From NCBI GenBank assembly GCA_944389295.1, contig CALXLV010000028.1, positions 16,504 through 80,503 on the forward strand: a DNA stretch of 64,000 nucleotides, in the 5' to 3' direction. Below the pieces are notes generated by a model that worked only from the letters and a program-made list of their open reading frames with translations, had not been told where the DNA came from and did no database searches. The position numbers and the translations under genes were made by a program. Source of the DNA: an uncultured Spirochaetaceae bacterium (lineage in GTDB: Bacteria; Spirochaetota; Spirochaetia; Sphaerochaetales; Sphaerochaetaceae). Below are positions 10,366 to 19,550 of this stretch, in pieces; within the stretch, counting starts at the first letter, position 1, and each line of letters begins with the position of its first letter.

Positions 10366-10515
10366 GTTAGCTCCACATACGTGGAGGTGTTTCTGAGTTC
10401 CCCTATGTCGTTAGAATAGCCCCTTAGTTAGCTCCACATACGTGGAGGTGTTTCCCGACCGGGGTCACTACCCCGGCCGGAAGGAGGGTTAGCTCCACAT
10501 GCGTGGAGATATTTC
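10366..10515 (+). CRISPR. Orphan mini-CRISPR array: 3 repeats (28 nt) and 2 spacers (33 nt), plus a probable decayed fourth repeat at 10549-10576
   Basis: GTTAGCTCCACATACGTGGAGGTGTTTC occurs at 10366-10393 and 10427-10454 (identical copies). At 10488-10515 it has 3 substitutions. The period is exactly 61 nt. The spacers are TGAGTTCCCCTATGTCGTTAGAATAGCCCCTTA and CCGACCGGGGTCACTACCCCGGCCGGAAGGAGG. Orientation is inferred from decay at the 3' end. Confidence 0.75.
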
Positions 10516-10665
10516 TATTCTCCTTGTCTCAAAGTGTCGCCGCGTTGAGTTAATTCCTCGCATTAGAAATATTCTGAGGCAAAAAGATTATCTTCAGTGC
10601 AATATCAACATATTCAGCACTGCAAAATGGGTGAAGTTCAAATCTCTGTCTGAAGCATCCTTTCA

Positions 10666-10694
10666 TTGACAGATGCACAGCAAGAATGATAATT
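10666..10694 (+). promoter_or_regulatory. Sigma-70-type promoter candidate for the PpiD-like gene
   Basis: TTGACA (10666-10671), a 17-nt spacer, then ATAATT (10689-10694), about 64 nt upstream of the ATG at 10758. Confidence 0.45.
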
Positions 10695-10757
10695 TTCTAG
10701 AAGCTGTTTTCTCAATGGAAGCCGCACTCATTTCTTTGGATAAAGAGGTTTGTAGAA

Positions 10758-12287
10758 ATGCCTTCAGATAATGAAAAAGGTATCGCATTCCCTGAGAAGG
10801 GAAACAAGAATCACCAGAAAGAGCACAAAGACAAAAAGCATGGCAAATCAATCGGATGGATCATCGGTGTCATCGTTCTCATTCTGATTTCAGTAACATT
10901 CATACTTCCGACAACCATCTTCAGCACGACAAGTGCCCAGACAATCGAGTTCGGAAAGTACAATGGCGAGAAAATTGAGCTTGCACCCTCCTACGACAAC
11001 TATTTCTATAACCAGCTCTATACACTTGCTCAGACATACCAGATGAATCCGCAGAATGAGATGCAGCTCTACTCTCAGGCATTCTACGCTACGGTTCTTG
11101 AGACAGCACTCAGCCAGATGGCAGCTCAGGCGGGAATATCCGTGACCGACCAGATGATCAGCACGGCAATCGTCAAGAGCGGCACATTCGCTGACGAGAA
11201 CGGAAACTTTGACATGGAGGCCTACAACGCCGCATCCGCCATGGAAAAGGAATCCATGAAGAACCAGCTCAGGGATATGATCCCCGCGCAGGTCGTCTAT
11301 CAGGACATAACATCCGTAAAAACATCTGACAGCGAGCTTGAGTTTGTATCCGCGCTCAATGACGCTCCGAGATCATTTGAATATATCATCATCGATTACG
11401 ACAGCTATCCGGATGCAGATGCGGCAGCTTATGCAGAAGCAGACCACGCTCCGTTCACGACAATGAACCTCTCTGTGATCACAGTGGCAACTGAGGATGA
11501 GGCCAATACAATCCTTGCCTCCATCCAGAATGGTGAGACTACATTCGAAGAAGCAGTTGCGGCAAGCTCAACGGATACATATAAGGATGAGAACGGCAGC
11601 ATGGGAAGCGTCATGCTCAACTCCCTGCAGAACATGCTGGTTAACGCTGAGGATGCTACAGCAGTGTTCGGCACAGCTGCAGGATCGCTTACAGCTCCCG
11701 TGCAGGGATATGCAGGCTGGATGATCTTCAGGGCTGACAGCGCTTCGGCTCCTGCAGACCTCACAGATGCGGAAGTCCTCTCAGAGGTTAAGAGATATAT
11801 CTCGCTCAACGATGAGGAGACAATGATGACATATCTCGATGCTGAGGCTCAGAGAATATACGGTGAGGCAGCAGCTGACTTCACAGCGGCAGCGGAAAGC
11901 AACGGCCTCCCTGTAAATGAAGTCGCAGCCTCTTCCTACAACCCGTCATATTCTTCGTTCATTCTCGGTCTTATCTACAATGATCCCGAAGGTATCCTCG
12001 CCTCCGCTGCATCTGCCGATACAGATTACCAGAAGACACTCTTCACAGCCGAGGAGAACACCGTTCTTGAACCTGTGGATGCTGGAAACTGCTACATCAT
12101 AGCACGTCCTGTTGCGGCAGGCACAACGAATGATCTCTATGCCTCCTATATCGATTCGCTTTATCCTGCATATATCCCTGAGATATCTGCCCAGGATCTG
12201 CAGACAGGCATATTCTCCAGCGAAGGCTTCGAGAACAACTTCTTCCAGGTCTTCCTTGAGAGAATCATGGGCGTCGGTGCGAATTGA
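10758..12287 (+). CDS. PpiD/SurA-N-domain-like periplasmic chaperone (membrane anchored)
   Basis: Lys-rich N-terminus, one TM helix (IGWIIGVIVLILISVTFILP), then a long acidic soluble domain with PpiD-like architecture. No clear parvulin motif was seen. Confidence 0.55.
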   Translation: MPSDNEKGIAFPEKGNKNHQKEHKDKKHGKSIGWIIGVIVLILISVTFILPTTIFSTTSAQTIEFGKYNGEKIELAPSYDNYFYNQLYTLAQTYQMNPQNEMQLYSQAFYATVLETALSQMAAQAGISVTDQMISTAIVKSGTFADENGNFDMEAYNAASAMEKESMKNQLRDMIPAQVVYQDITSVKTSDSELEFVSALNDAPRSFEYIIIDYDSYPDADAAAYAEADHAPFTTMNLSVITVATEDEANTILASIQNGETTFEEAVAASSTDTYKDENGSMGSVMLNSLQNMLVNAEDATAVFGTAAGSLTAPVQGYAGWMIFRADSASAPADLTDAEVLSEVKRYISLNDEETMMTYLDAEAQRIYGEAAADFTAAAESNGLPVNEVAASSYNPSYSSFILGLIYNDPEGILASAASADTDYQKTLFTAEENTVLEPVDAGNCYIIARPVAAGTTNDLYASYIDSLYPAYIPEISAQDLQTGIFSSEGFENNFFQVFLERIMGVGAN

Positions 12288-12319
12288 CAGCAGACAGACA
12301 CTATACAGACCATTACGAC

Positions 12320-12348
12320 GGGCATCGCAGGATGCCCGTTTCTTCTTT
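12320..12348 (+). terminator. Rho-independent terminator
   Basis: GGGCATC-GCAG-GATGCCC hairpin followed by GTTTCTTCTTT, 33 nt after the stop at 12287. Confidence 0.75.
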
Positions 12349-12378
12349 CCCGGCACTCCCTGTGCTATAATCCCCTCC

Positions 12379-13272
12379 ATGAATGATATAAGCGGAATAT
12401 GGCAGAGAAGAAACTCCAGCGCCTCAGATATCTATTACTTCACCGATCCTGAGAAAGGCTTCACTGTACGAGCCGAATACAGTGAATCGAAGCTGCGGAC
12501 AGCAAACTCAATATCATTCATCGACTACAGAAGACATGAGACAGCCACAGAGAAGAGCAGCTGCCGCATAAAGCTCTCCTCACCAGCAATGCCGGAATCT
12601 CCCGATATAGAAAGCGGCATAACCTATTCAGACAGCAGAATGACAATGACATTCGTGCGCCGAGACATAAGACGGCTGCTGCTGATCACAGCACCATATC
12701 TCCGTCTGCCATCAGGAGAGACAGGACTTAAGTGCGATATAACGCTCCAGGAAGAGGACAATCTTGAGAACAAAGTCCATGAGGCAGAGGACGGAACAGA
12801 AAAAAGCGCTGTGATCATCCCGATGGAAGCAGAAGGCCGTATATTCACAGGCGACAGAATTGAAGCGCTTGGAATCGACAGCACAGGTCTTTTTGAATGG
12901 AGAAGAACATATGGAAAGGGAGCTGCTCTTAAAAGCCTGACAGCTGCAGCAATCTCCTCAGAGCAGCCTCTTCCCCTTGGAATCCTGATGAATGAAAACG
13001 GCATCTCATCAATCAGAAAAGAGGGCGGAGTGCGGGAATACGGCAAGTGCTCATTCATCTTCCCTGATGATCCTCTATCTGCAGCGTGGCAGATAAAAGA
13101 AGAAAACGGAAAGATGCAGTTCATAATGTCTCCCTGTGCTCTTCTCCGCACAGGAAACGGAGATGAAGTCTACGGAGTTTTCAGCGGCACTATAGCTGAC
13201 GGCAGCATGGAGACGGAAATAAAGGAAGCATACGGTTTCATAAGGATGCCGGCAAAGGAGAAAGGAAAATGA
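12379..13272 (+). CDS. Hypothetical protein
   Basis: The ORF track begins at 12112, but that stretch overlaps the previous gene and crosses its terminator. The first ATG after the terminator is at 12379 (MNDISGIWQRR). No confident family. The stop overlaps the next gene's start. Confidence 0.55.
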   Translation: MNDISGIWQRRNSSASDIYYFTDPEKGFTVRAEYSESKLRTANSISFIDYRRHETATEKSSCRIKLSSPAMPESPDIESGITYSDSRMTMTFVRRDIRRLLLITAPYLRLPSGETGLKCDITLQEEDNLENKVHEAEDGTEKSAVIIPMEAEGRIFTGDRIEALGIDSTGLFEWRRTYGKGAALKSLTAAAISSEQPLPLGILMNENGISSIRKEGGVREYGKCSFIFPDDPLSAAWQIKEENGKMQFIMSPCALLRTGNGDEVYGVFSGTIADGSMETEIKEAYGFIRMPAKEKGK

Positions 13273-14435
13273 AGCGGAGGGATATGCTGTCGTGGATTCT
13301 CTTTGCAATCCTGCTCTTTGCCGTGTTCACATTCTTCTGGAACTACAGGACAACCGTTCCATGGCTCTGGGGAAAAGTCGCGTCGGGACTCCTTCCCCTC
13401 CTCGGAGGATTCGGCATCGGATTTGCGCTCAATATCCTCTCATCATTCATAGAAAACAGAATACTGAGAACCAGGAAAACAAGCAGAAGCGCAGATAAAC
13501 TCACGAGAATCGTATCAATACTGCTTGCGCTCCTGCTTCTTATGGCATTCGCGGCATTCATCATAACTCTTGTGCTTCCTGAGCTGATAGACGCTGTCTC
13601 CATATTCATATCATCACTGAGGAGCTTTGCATCTGACAGCGGATTCTGGGACAGCCTGGATATACGCTCCATACCGGTAATCGGAACATTCTTTGACAGT
13701 GCTGACGATACGATACTCACCGCAGCCGATGCGCTTGAGGAGAAGCTGAATGAGTGGACGCCGTCAATACTCTCATTCACTATAGCAACACTCAGGAACT
13801 TCATCGGAGGAGCGGCGACATTCGCTGTCTCCGTGATATTCGCAGTCTACTTCGTAGCAAACAAAGAGATGCTGAGGCGTCATATCACAAAGCTGCTTAC
13901 TCTGATCGTGAAAGACAGAACGCTGAAGAAGCTGGAGCATACGGCAAGTCTCGGATACACCGCGTTCTCACGCTTCATAATCGCGCAGGTCACCGAAGCT
14001 GTGATCATAGGCTGCCTGTGCTTCACGGGCATGCTGCTCTTCCGTTTTCCGTACGCTCCTGTGGTCGCCGCCCTCACGGGAGTAATGGCGCTCATACCTG
14101 TTTACGGCGCAGTCATCGGAGCTCTCATCGGAGCTTTCATGATAGCTGTCGTCAGCCCATGGCAGGGACTTTTCTTCCTCATCTTCATCGTCGTCCTGCA
14201 GCAGCTTGAAGGTGATCTCATATATCCGCGCGTAGTCGGCAGTTCAATAGGCGTGCCGTCCGTCTATGTGTTCGCATCAGTCACACTCGGAGGAGCACTC
14301 TTCGGAATCCTGGGAATGCTTCTCGCTGTTCCCCTGTTCTCCGTTGTATTCACGCTTCTCAAGGAACACTATGCTGAAAGAATGGCAGGCAAATCTGACG
14401 ATATTTCACTGAACAGAGAAACCGATCATAAATAA
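13269..14435 (+). CDS. AI-2E family transporter (PerM/UPF0118)
   Basis: Polytopic membrane protein with the conserved C-terminal block VLQQLEGDLIYPRVVGSSIGVPSVYVFASV...GMLLAVPLF. Confidence 0.85.
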   Translation: MKRRDMLSWILFAILLFAVFTFFWNYRTTVPWLWGKVASGLLPLLGGFGIGFALNILSSFIENRILRTRKTSRSADKLTRIVSILLALLLLMAFAAFIITLVLPELIDAVSIFISSLRSFASDSGFWDSLDIRSIPVIGTFFDSADDTILTAADALEEKLNEWTPSILSFTIATLRNFIGGAATFAVSVIFAVYFVANKEMLRRHITKLLTLIVKDRTLKKLEHTASLGYTAFSRFIIAQVTEAVIIGCLCFTGMLLFRFPYAPVVAALTGVMALIPVYGAVIGALIGAFMIAVVSPWQGLFFLIFIVVLQQLEGDLIYPRVVGSSIGVPSVYVFASVTLGGALFGILGMLLAVPLFSVVFTLLKEHYAERMAGKSDDISLNRETDHK

Positions 14436-14565
14436 TGACAGATCAAAGAGATTCCTTCGCTGCAGCAAGAAAAAAGGAAGATAAGAGCATATAGGAACGC
14501 TTTTGCAGAATACTCTGCTGATGTTTTCTTTGCGTCATGAAGGATGCAAGTGTACAATCCTTTAT

Positions 14566-15105
14566 ATGGCAGAGCGAAAGGAATACAGAAAGGCGGAACT
14601 TGCGGTCATCAGCGTCCCTCCGGAGGCCATAATCTCCGGAAGCCTTGATGAGGAAATACGGGAGAGGATGCTTGCCGTCATAGAAGCGGAGGCCCCGGTC
14701 AAGGAAAGCCTTCTGTACAAAAGAGTCGTGAATTCGCTTTCGCTCAAGAAAGTGGGCTCGAGAATGCTGCCTGTCTTTGAGAGAATAGCCTCAGCTCTGC
14801 CATGCATGATAACTGAAGATGACGGAGAAAGAGTATTCCACAGAGAAAACGAGGAAGAAGAGTTCCGCCCTACTCCTGATTCCTGTACAAGGTACTCCTA
14901 CCAGATTCCCACAGAGGAAGCTGTTTACTGCCTGAAATACATACTTGAAAGAGAAGGAAGAATAATGACCAAATCCGAGCTTTCACGGCTTTTCAAGGAA
15001 GAGCTCGGTTATGAAAGAATGGGCGCGCAGGTTGATGCCCTTTTCAGGAAAGCAGCCAGAAGCCCGCTTCTCAAGCGTACAGGGAACGGCAGGTACATGC
15101 CCTGA
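14566..15105 (+). CDS. Hypothetical protein, possibly a stand-alone DUF3320-like domain
   Basis: ATG at 14566 (MAERKEYRKAEL). The segment ESLLYKRVVNSLSLKKVGSRMLPVFERI resembles the C-terminal domain of large Upf1-like helicases. This is a recollection and is weak. Confidence 0.3.
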   Translation: MAERKEYRKAELAVISVPPEAIISGSLDEEIRERMLAVIEAEAPVKESLLYKRVVNSLSLKKVGSRMLPVFERIASALPCMITEDDGERVFHRENEEEEFRPTPDSCTRYSYQIPTEEAVYCLKYILEREGRIMTKSELSRLFKEELGYERMGAQVDALFRKAARSPLLKRTGNGRYMP

Positions 15106-15344
15106 CATAATAAGGAAAACACAGCATCCGGCTGCAGTGATTCAAGGCTGGAATGCATAGACTTACGGCTTATGCACCGCAATAATACAGCGAATAGCTC
15201 AAGCTGCCGGCATCACTCAGTACAGTATTTGTCATAATTCGCCATTTAGCGCAATATATTTCATATTTATTATATAATCCGCAGTATGTTCCTTTACAAA
15301 TTGCAGATTCACTCTATACTCAATGATAGATAGCAGGAGGCATT

Positions 15345-16808
15345 ATGCTCATAAAGCTCAGAAAGAAGAACGATATCATCAGAAAGAATGCCGAGAGATG
15401 CAGGGAAAAAGGCATTACCCTCCCGACTTTCGCACAGATGAAGGACCCGTCGCTCATTCCGGCGTCCATCAAGGAACAGCTCAGGAACGTCGGCCTCTGG
15501 GATGTAAATCCACTCAACCTCTACAGAATCAACTGGCACAATGAGCCAAAGGATTCAGGCGGAGATTTCGGCGGAGTAAACTTCATCGAGATTCCCCGTG
15601 AGATAACCGGCACGAAGGCCAGGATACTCGCACTCGCCGGAAAATGGTTCCCCTGCGGCGTCCATAAGGTAGGAGCGACATACGCATGCCTCGCACCGGC
15701 TCTTGTGACAGGCAACTTCGATGCAACAGAACAGCAGGCAGTATGGCCGTCCACAGGCAATTACTGCAGAGGCGGTGCATACAACAGCGCCCTTCTGGGC
15801 TGCAAGAGCATAGCCATTCTGCCTGAGGATATGTCTCAGGAACGCTTCAACTGGCTCAAGACGGTGGCAGGAGAGATCATAGCGACACCGGGCTGCGAAT
15901 CGAATGTAAAGGAGATATTCGACAAGTGCCATGAGCTTGATGCCGAACGCGGCACGCACATCGTCATATTTAACCAGTTCGAGCAGTTCGAGAACTACCT
16001 CTGGCACTATGAGGTTACGGGTTCTGCGATCCTTGAAGTCCTGAAGAATCTGGGAATAAAGAAGGAGAACGTCAGGGCCTACGCATCATCCACAGGTTCA
16101 GGCGGAACGCTTGCCGCCGGCGATCATCTCAAGGCTGTCTATCCGAATATAAAGATAGGAGCCGGAGAGGCTCTGCAGTGCCCCACTCTGCTGAGAAACG
16201 GATTCGGCGCGCACAGGATCGAGGGAATCGGAGACAAGCACGTTCCATGGATACACAACGTAAAGAACACAGATATGGTCCTCTCGATAGATGATCAGGA
16301 CTGCATGGACATCTACCGCCTCTTCAACGAGGAGAGCGGAAAGGAATACCTCTCGTCAATTGGCGTGAAGGATGAGGATATCGCAAACCTTGCCCTCTTC
16401 GGAATCTCCGGCATCGGCAACATGCTCAGTGCGATAAAGATGGCAAAGTACTATGAGATGGATGAGGATGATGTTGTATTCACAATCCTTACTGACAGCA
16501 CCGTGATGTACACTTCAAGACTCAGCGAGCTTACCGAGCAGCAGGGACCGTTCAATAAGACGGAAGCTGCAAAAGTGCATGCCGCAGCGCTGATGCATCA
16601 GGGCATCGACAATGCGCTCGAGCTCGGATACTACGACAGGCTCAGAATCCACAACCTCAAGTACTACACATGGGTTGAGCAGCAGGGAAAGACCTACGAA
16701 GAGCTTAACAGACAGTGGTATGACAGAAACTACTGGACAGCAATTCCAAAGCTGACAAAGAAGATCGACAGCCTGATAACAGAGTTCAACTCGATGATAA
16801 CCGGCTGA
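15345..16808 (+). CDS. Fold-type II (TrpB/CysK-superfamily) PLP-dependent enzyme, unknown specificity
   Basis: 487 aa. Candidate PLP lysine in CGVHKVGATY. It has an STGNYCRGGAYNSALLG nucleotide-like loop and the glycine-rich SSTGSGGTLAAG phosphate-binding loop. Confidence 0.65.
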   Translation: MLIKLRKKNDIIRKNAERCREKGITLPTFAQMKDPSLIPASIKEQLRNVGLWDVNPLNLYRINWHNEPKDSGGDFGGVNFIEIPREITGTKARILALAGKWFPCGVHKVGATYACLAPALVTGNFDATEQQAVWPSTGNYCRGGAYNSALLGCKSIAILPEDMSQERFNWLKTVAGEIIATPGCESNVKEIFDKCHELDAERGTHIVIFNQFEQFENYLWHYEVTGSAILEVLKNLGIKKENVRAYASSTGSGGTLAAGDHLKAVYPNIKIGAGEALQCPTLLRNGFGAHRIEGIGDKHVPWIHNVKNTDMVLSIDDQDCMDIYRLFNEESGKEYLSSIGVKDEDIANLALFGISGIGNMLSAIKMAKYYEMDEDDVVFTILTDSTVMYTSRLSELTEQQGPFNKTEAAKVHAAALMHQGIDNALELGYYDRLRIHNLKYYTWVEQQGKTYEELNRQWYDRNYWTAIPKLTKKIDSLITEFNSMITG

Positions 16809-16824
16809 GCCGGAAAGAGTGACT

Positions 16825-16853
16825 GAGAATGCCGGGAAACCGGCATTCTCTTT
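16825..16853 (+). terminator. Strong hairpin (terminator or attenuator) between the two PLP-enzyme genes
   Basis: An 11-bp perfect stem GAGAATGCCGG/CCGGCATTCTC with a GAAA tetraloop, followed by only TTT, then the RBS GAAGGAGG of the next gene. Confidence 0.45.
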
Positions 16854-16864
16854 GAAGGAGGAAT

Positions 16865-18091
16865 ATGAGATTTCACTACAAATGTTCGGACTGCGGCAGG
16901 GAATATTATACAGACGGGATAATGTACCAGTGTCCTGAATGTGCCAGAAAGAACGATGGTTCACACTTTCCTAAAGGCAACCTCATTGTTGAGCTTGAGG
17001 ATGACGTGCTGAAAGCCGCGGCTGCAAAGGAACATGTAACCCCCAATGACTTCTATCCCTACCCTTCTCCCGATCCGGAAGCATATCCGATCGGAATAAC
17101 GCCGCTGATGAGACCCAGGAGAATACAGAGGAAGCTGGGACTGAATAACCTCTCCTTCAAGCTCGACAGCCAGCTCATCTCAGGTTCCTTCAAGGACAGG
17201 GCAAGCTATGAGGTCGCACTGCAGGCCATAGCACACGGGGAGAAGAAGATCGCGCTGGCCTCAACAGGCAACGCAGGCGCGGCGATGTCCGCAGTCGGTG
17301 CGGCAATGGGGCTTGATATAGTCCTCTTCGTGCCCGCCTCTGCTCCTGTGAACAAGCTGATGCAGAGCGTGCTTTACGGTGCGCATGTGATCCCGGTGAA
17401 AGGGACATATGACGATGCCTTTGCCCTCTCCATCGAATACACGAAACTCTTCGGCGGCATAAACCGCAACACGGCGTACAACCCCATGACGATAGAGGGA
17501 AAGAAATCGATCTCTATCGAGCTCTTTGAGCAGATGGGAAGGAAAGCCCCCGATGCCGTATATGTGCCGGTCGGTGACGGATGCATAATCGCGGGAGTGG
17601 CGAAGGGTTTCCATGATCTGATGAAAGCCGGTCTTATCAACAGAATGCCGCGGCTCATCGCCTGCCAGTCGGAGGCGTCTGATGCGATATCAAGAGCCAT
17701 AAACAATGATGATTTCCGCATGATTCACGCTGCGACAAGAGCAGATTCAATCTCCGTCGATCTTCCTGCGAACGGAAGAATGGCCGCAGCCTATGTGAAG
17801 GAATCGAGAGGATGGGCCGTTACGGTACCAGATGAGGAGATATTGAATAGCCAGATCACCCTCACAGCCATGGCCGGAGTGCTTGCTGAGCCCGCCGCGG
17901 CATGTGCCTATGCAGCCATCGAGAAGGACAGGGACCACCTTGTCTCTGAACTCGGAGCGGCTGCAGAGGTCACGGTGCTTCTTACAGGAACCGGATTCAA
18001 GGATATGAAGGCCTTTGACGGACGCGTATCAATACCGCCGGCAATAGAGAACTCCATTGAAGCTGTGAGATCACTGCCGTCATTCGACTGA
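16865..18091 (+). CDS. Threonine-synthase-like PLP enzyme with N-terminal zinc ribbon
   Basis: Zinc ribbon CSDCGREYYTDGIMYQCPEC, then the PLP-lysine motif SGSFKDRAS and STGNAGAAMSA, as in the ThrC/cysteate-synthase family. Confidence 0.75.
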   Translation: MRFHYKCSDCGREYYTDGIMYQCPECARKNDGSHFPKGNLIVELEDDVLKAAAAKEHVTPNDFYPYPSPDPEAYPIGITPLMRPRRIQRKLGLNNLSFKLDSQLISGSFKDRASYEVALQAIAHGEKKIALASTGNAGAAMSAVGAAMGLDIVLFVPASAPVNKLMQSVLYGAHVIPVKGTYDDAFALSIEYTKLFGGINRNTAYNPMTIEGKKSISIELFEQMGRKAPDAVYVPVGDGCIIAGVAKGFHDLMKAGLINRMPRLIACQSEASDAISRAINNDDFRMIHAATRADSISVDLPANGRMAAAYVKESRGWAVTVPDEEILNSQITLTAMAGVLAEPAAACAYAAIEKDRDHLVSELGAAAEVTVLLTGTGFKDMKAFDGRVSIPPAIENSIEAVRSLPSFD

Positions 18092-18214
18092 GCCGGATAA
18101 ACTATAAGACTAACTGGAACATCTGCTGTCTGAATAATGGGCAGCGGATGTCCATTAATGTACCAGCTGAAAAATACTCTATTTGCAAGTCTAATGATAT
18201 GTTCTTTTTTGGCA

Positions 18215-18247
18215 ATTTCTGCTAACTATTGCAATTTTAGCAGAAAT
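18215..18247. repeat. 33-nt palindromic element, copy 1 (ATTTCTGCTAA-N11-TTAGCAGAAAT)
   Basis: Perfect 11-bp arms at 18215-18225 and 18237-18247, ending 15 nt upstream of the fic ATG. Confidence 0.9.
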
Positions 18248-18262
18248 ACATAATATATCATT

Positions 18263-19525
18263 ATGATTGAATCTCCGCCGAAAATGACAGCTGAATACCT
18301 ATCTGATCTCCATATTGCAGATGAGGATTCGCTTTTGATTGATAAATGCAACAGCCAGTACCTGTACTGGGACAAGATTAAATATCAGAAAATTCCATCG
18401 GGAATGGATGCAAATCGCTTCTGGTTCATTCTTAAGGAAATAAGGCTGAGAAACAGTCAGCACATTAGAATCGGCAATGATTCCTTCTTCCTTTTTATCA
18501 CTTCAGAGATTCTGAGAACGCTGCATACGATTGATTTCGGACTTGGCCGGATTCTCTCAGTATCAGACAAAGAGCAGGAAAAGTTCATAACGAGCACGCT
18601 GATGGAAGAAGCAATCGCCTCAAGCAATATGGAAGGAGCTTCAACGACAAGAAATGTGGCAAAGAAGATGCTCAGAAGCAAATCGGTGCCGCATACGAAA
18701 GGGGCTCGGATGATTCTGAATAATTACCAGACTATCAGATATCTCTCCGATCACAGAAATGACAGACTGACCCCGGAAAATCTATGCAGCATACACCGGA
18801 TGATTGCGGAAGGAACTCTTGACTGCCCTGAAGATGCCGGCAGGATAAGGTCTGATAACAACATATTTGTGATGGACACACTCTCCGGAGATGTAATCCA
18901 TACCCCGCCGTCAGGTTCCCTCCTCGGTGAAAAAATCCAGAACCTGTGTGATTTCTTCAACGGCATCGATGATAACGAATTCATCCATCCTGTGCTTAAA
19001 GCTATGATAATCCACTTCTACCTTGCATATCTCCACCCCTTCTCAGATGGAAACGGAAGGACTGCAAGGAGTCTTTTCTACTGGTACATGCTGAAAAGCG
19101 GATACTCAGCAATCGAGTTCTTGTCGATATCAAGAATCATATATGCAAGAAAATCCGCATACGAGAAGGCTTTTCTATATACCGAGCATGACGGTAATGA
19201 TATCACCTACTTCATTCTGAATCAGTGCATGGTCCTTGATAAAGCTGTCGTGGAACTGCAGAGATATATCGAGAAAAAAGCAAGGGAGAAGGCAGAGGTT
19301 TCAAAATTCATCGGAAGGCAGGGCATAAATGAACGGCAGGCACTGCTTCTGTCAAGGCTTTCCTCTCTTTCCGTTCCATATATAACCGTTGAGGAATTCC
19401 GGTCAATGAATGGAATCAGCACACAGACTGCACGAACGGATTTAAGACATCTTGCGGGACTTGGCTATCTTGAGGAATTCAGGATAAATGAGAGGAAATC
19501 TGGATTCAGAATAAAGCGGAAATAA
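18263..19525 (+). CDS. Fic-family protein (AMPylase-type), class-II-like, with C-terminal winged-helix region
   Basis: Fic motif HPFSDGNGRTARSL. An upstream inhibitory-helix-like motif SSNMEG fits (S/T)xxxE(G/N). The C-terminal approximately 70 aa looks HTH-like. The gene appears AT-richer than its neighbours. Confidence 0.9.
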   Translation: MIESPPKMTAEYLSDLHIADEDSLLIDKCNSQYLYWDKIKYQKIPSGMDANRFWFILKEIRLRNSQHIRIGNDSFFLFITSEILRTLHTIDFGLGRILSVSDKEQEKFITSTLMEEAIASSNMEGASTTRNVAKKMLRSKSVPHTKGARMILNNYQTIRYLSDHRNDRLTPENLCSIHRMIAEGTLDCPEDAGRIRSDNNIFVMDTLSGDVIHTPPSGSLLGEKIQNLCDFFNGIDDNEFIHPVLKAMIIHFYLAYLHPFSDGNGRTARSLFYWYMLKSGYSAIEFLSISRIIYARKSAYEKAFLYTEHDGNDITYFILNQCMVLDKAVVELQRYIEKKAREKAEVSKFIGRQGINERQALLLSRLSSLSVPYITVEEFRSMNGISTQTARTDLRHLAGLGYLEEFRINERKSGFRIKRK

Positions 19526-19550
19526 CTTTCAGAAAAAGTTTCTTTTGCTG

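Noticed and set aside
10455-10487. Internal palindrome in spacer 2 (CCGGGGT-CACT-ACCCCGG), as a possible separate structured element
   Set aside because: It is a single occurrence, lies exactly within the spacer phase of the array, and has no T-tract. It was treated as a property of the captured sequence.
12112-12378. ORF-track N-terminal extension of the 12379-13272 gene
   Set aside because: It overlaps the end of the PpiD-like gene and reads through a strong terminator hairpin. Its composition is Arg/Ser-rich. The start was moved to 12379.
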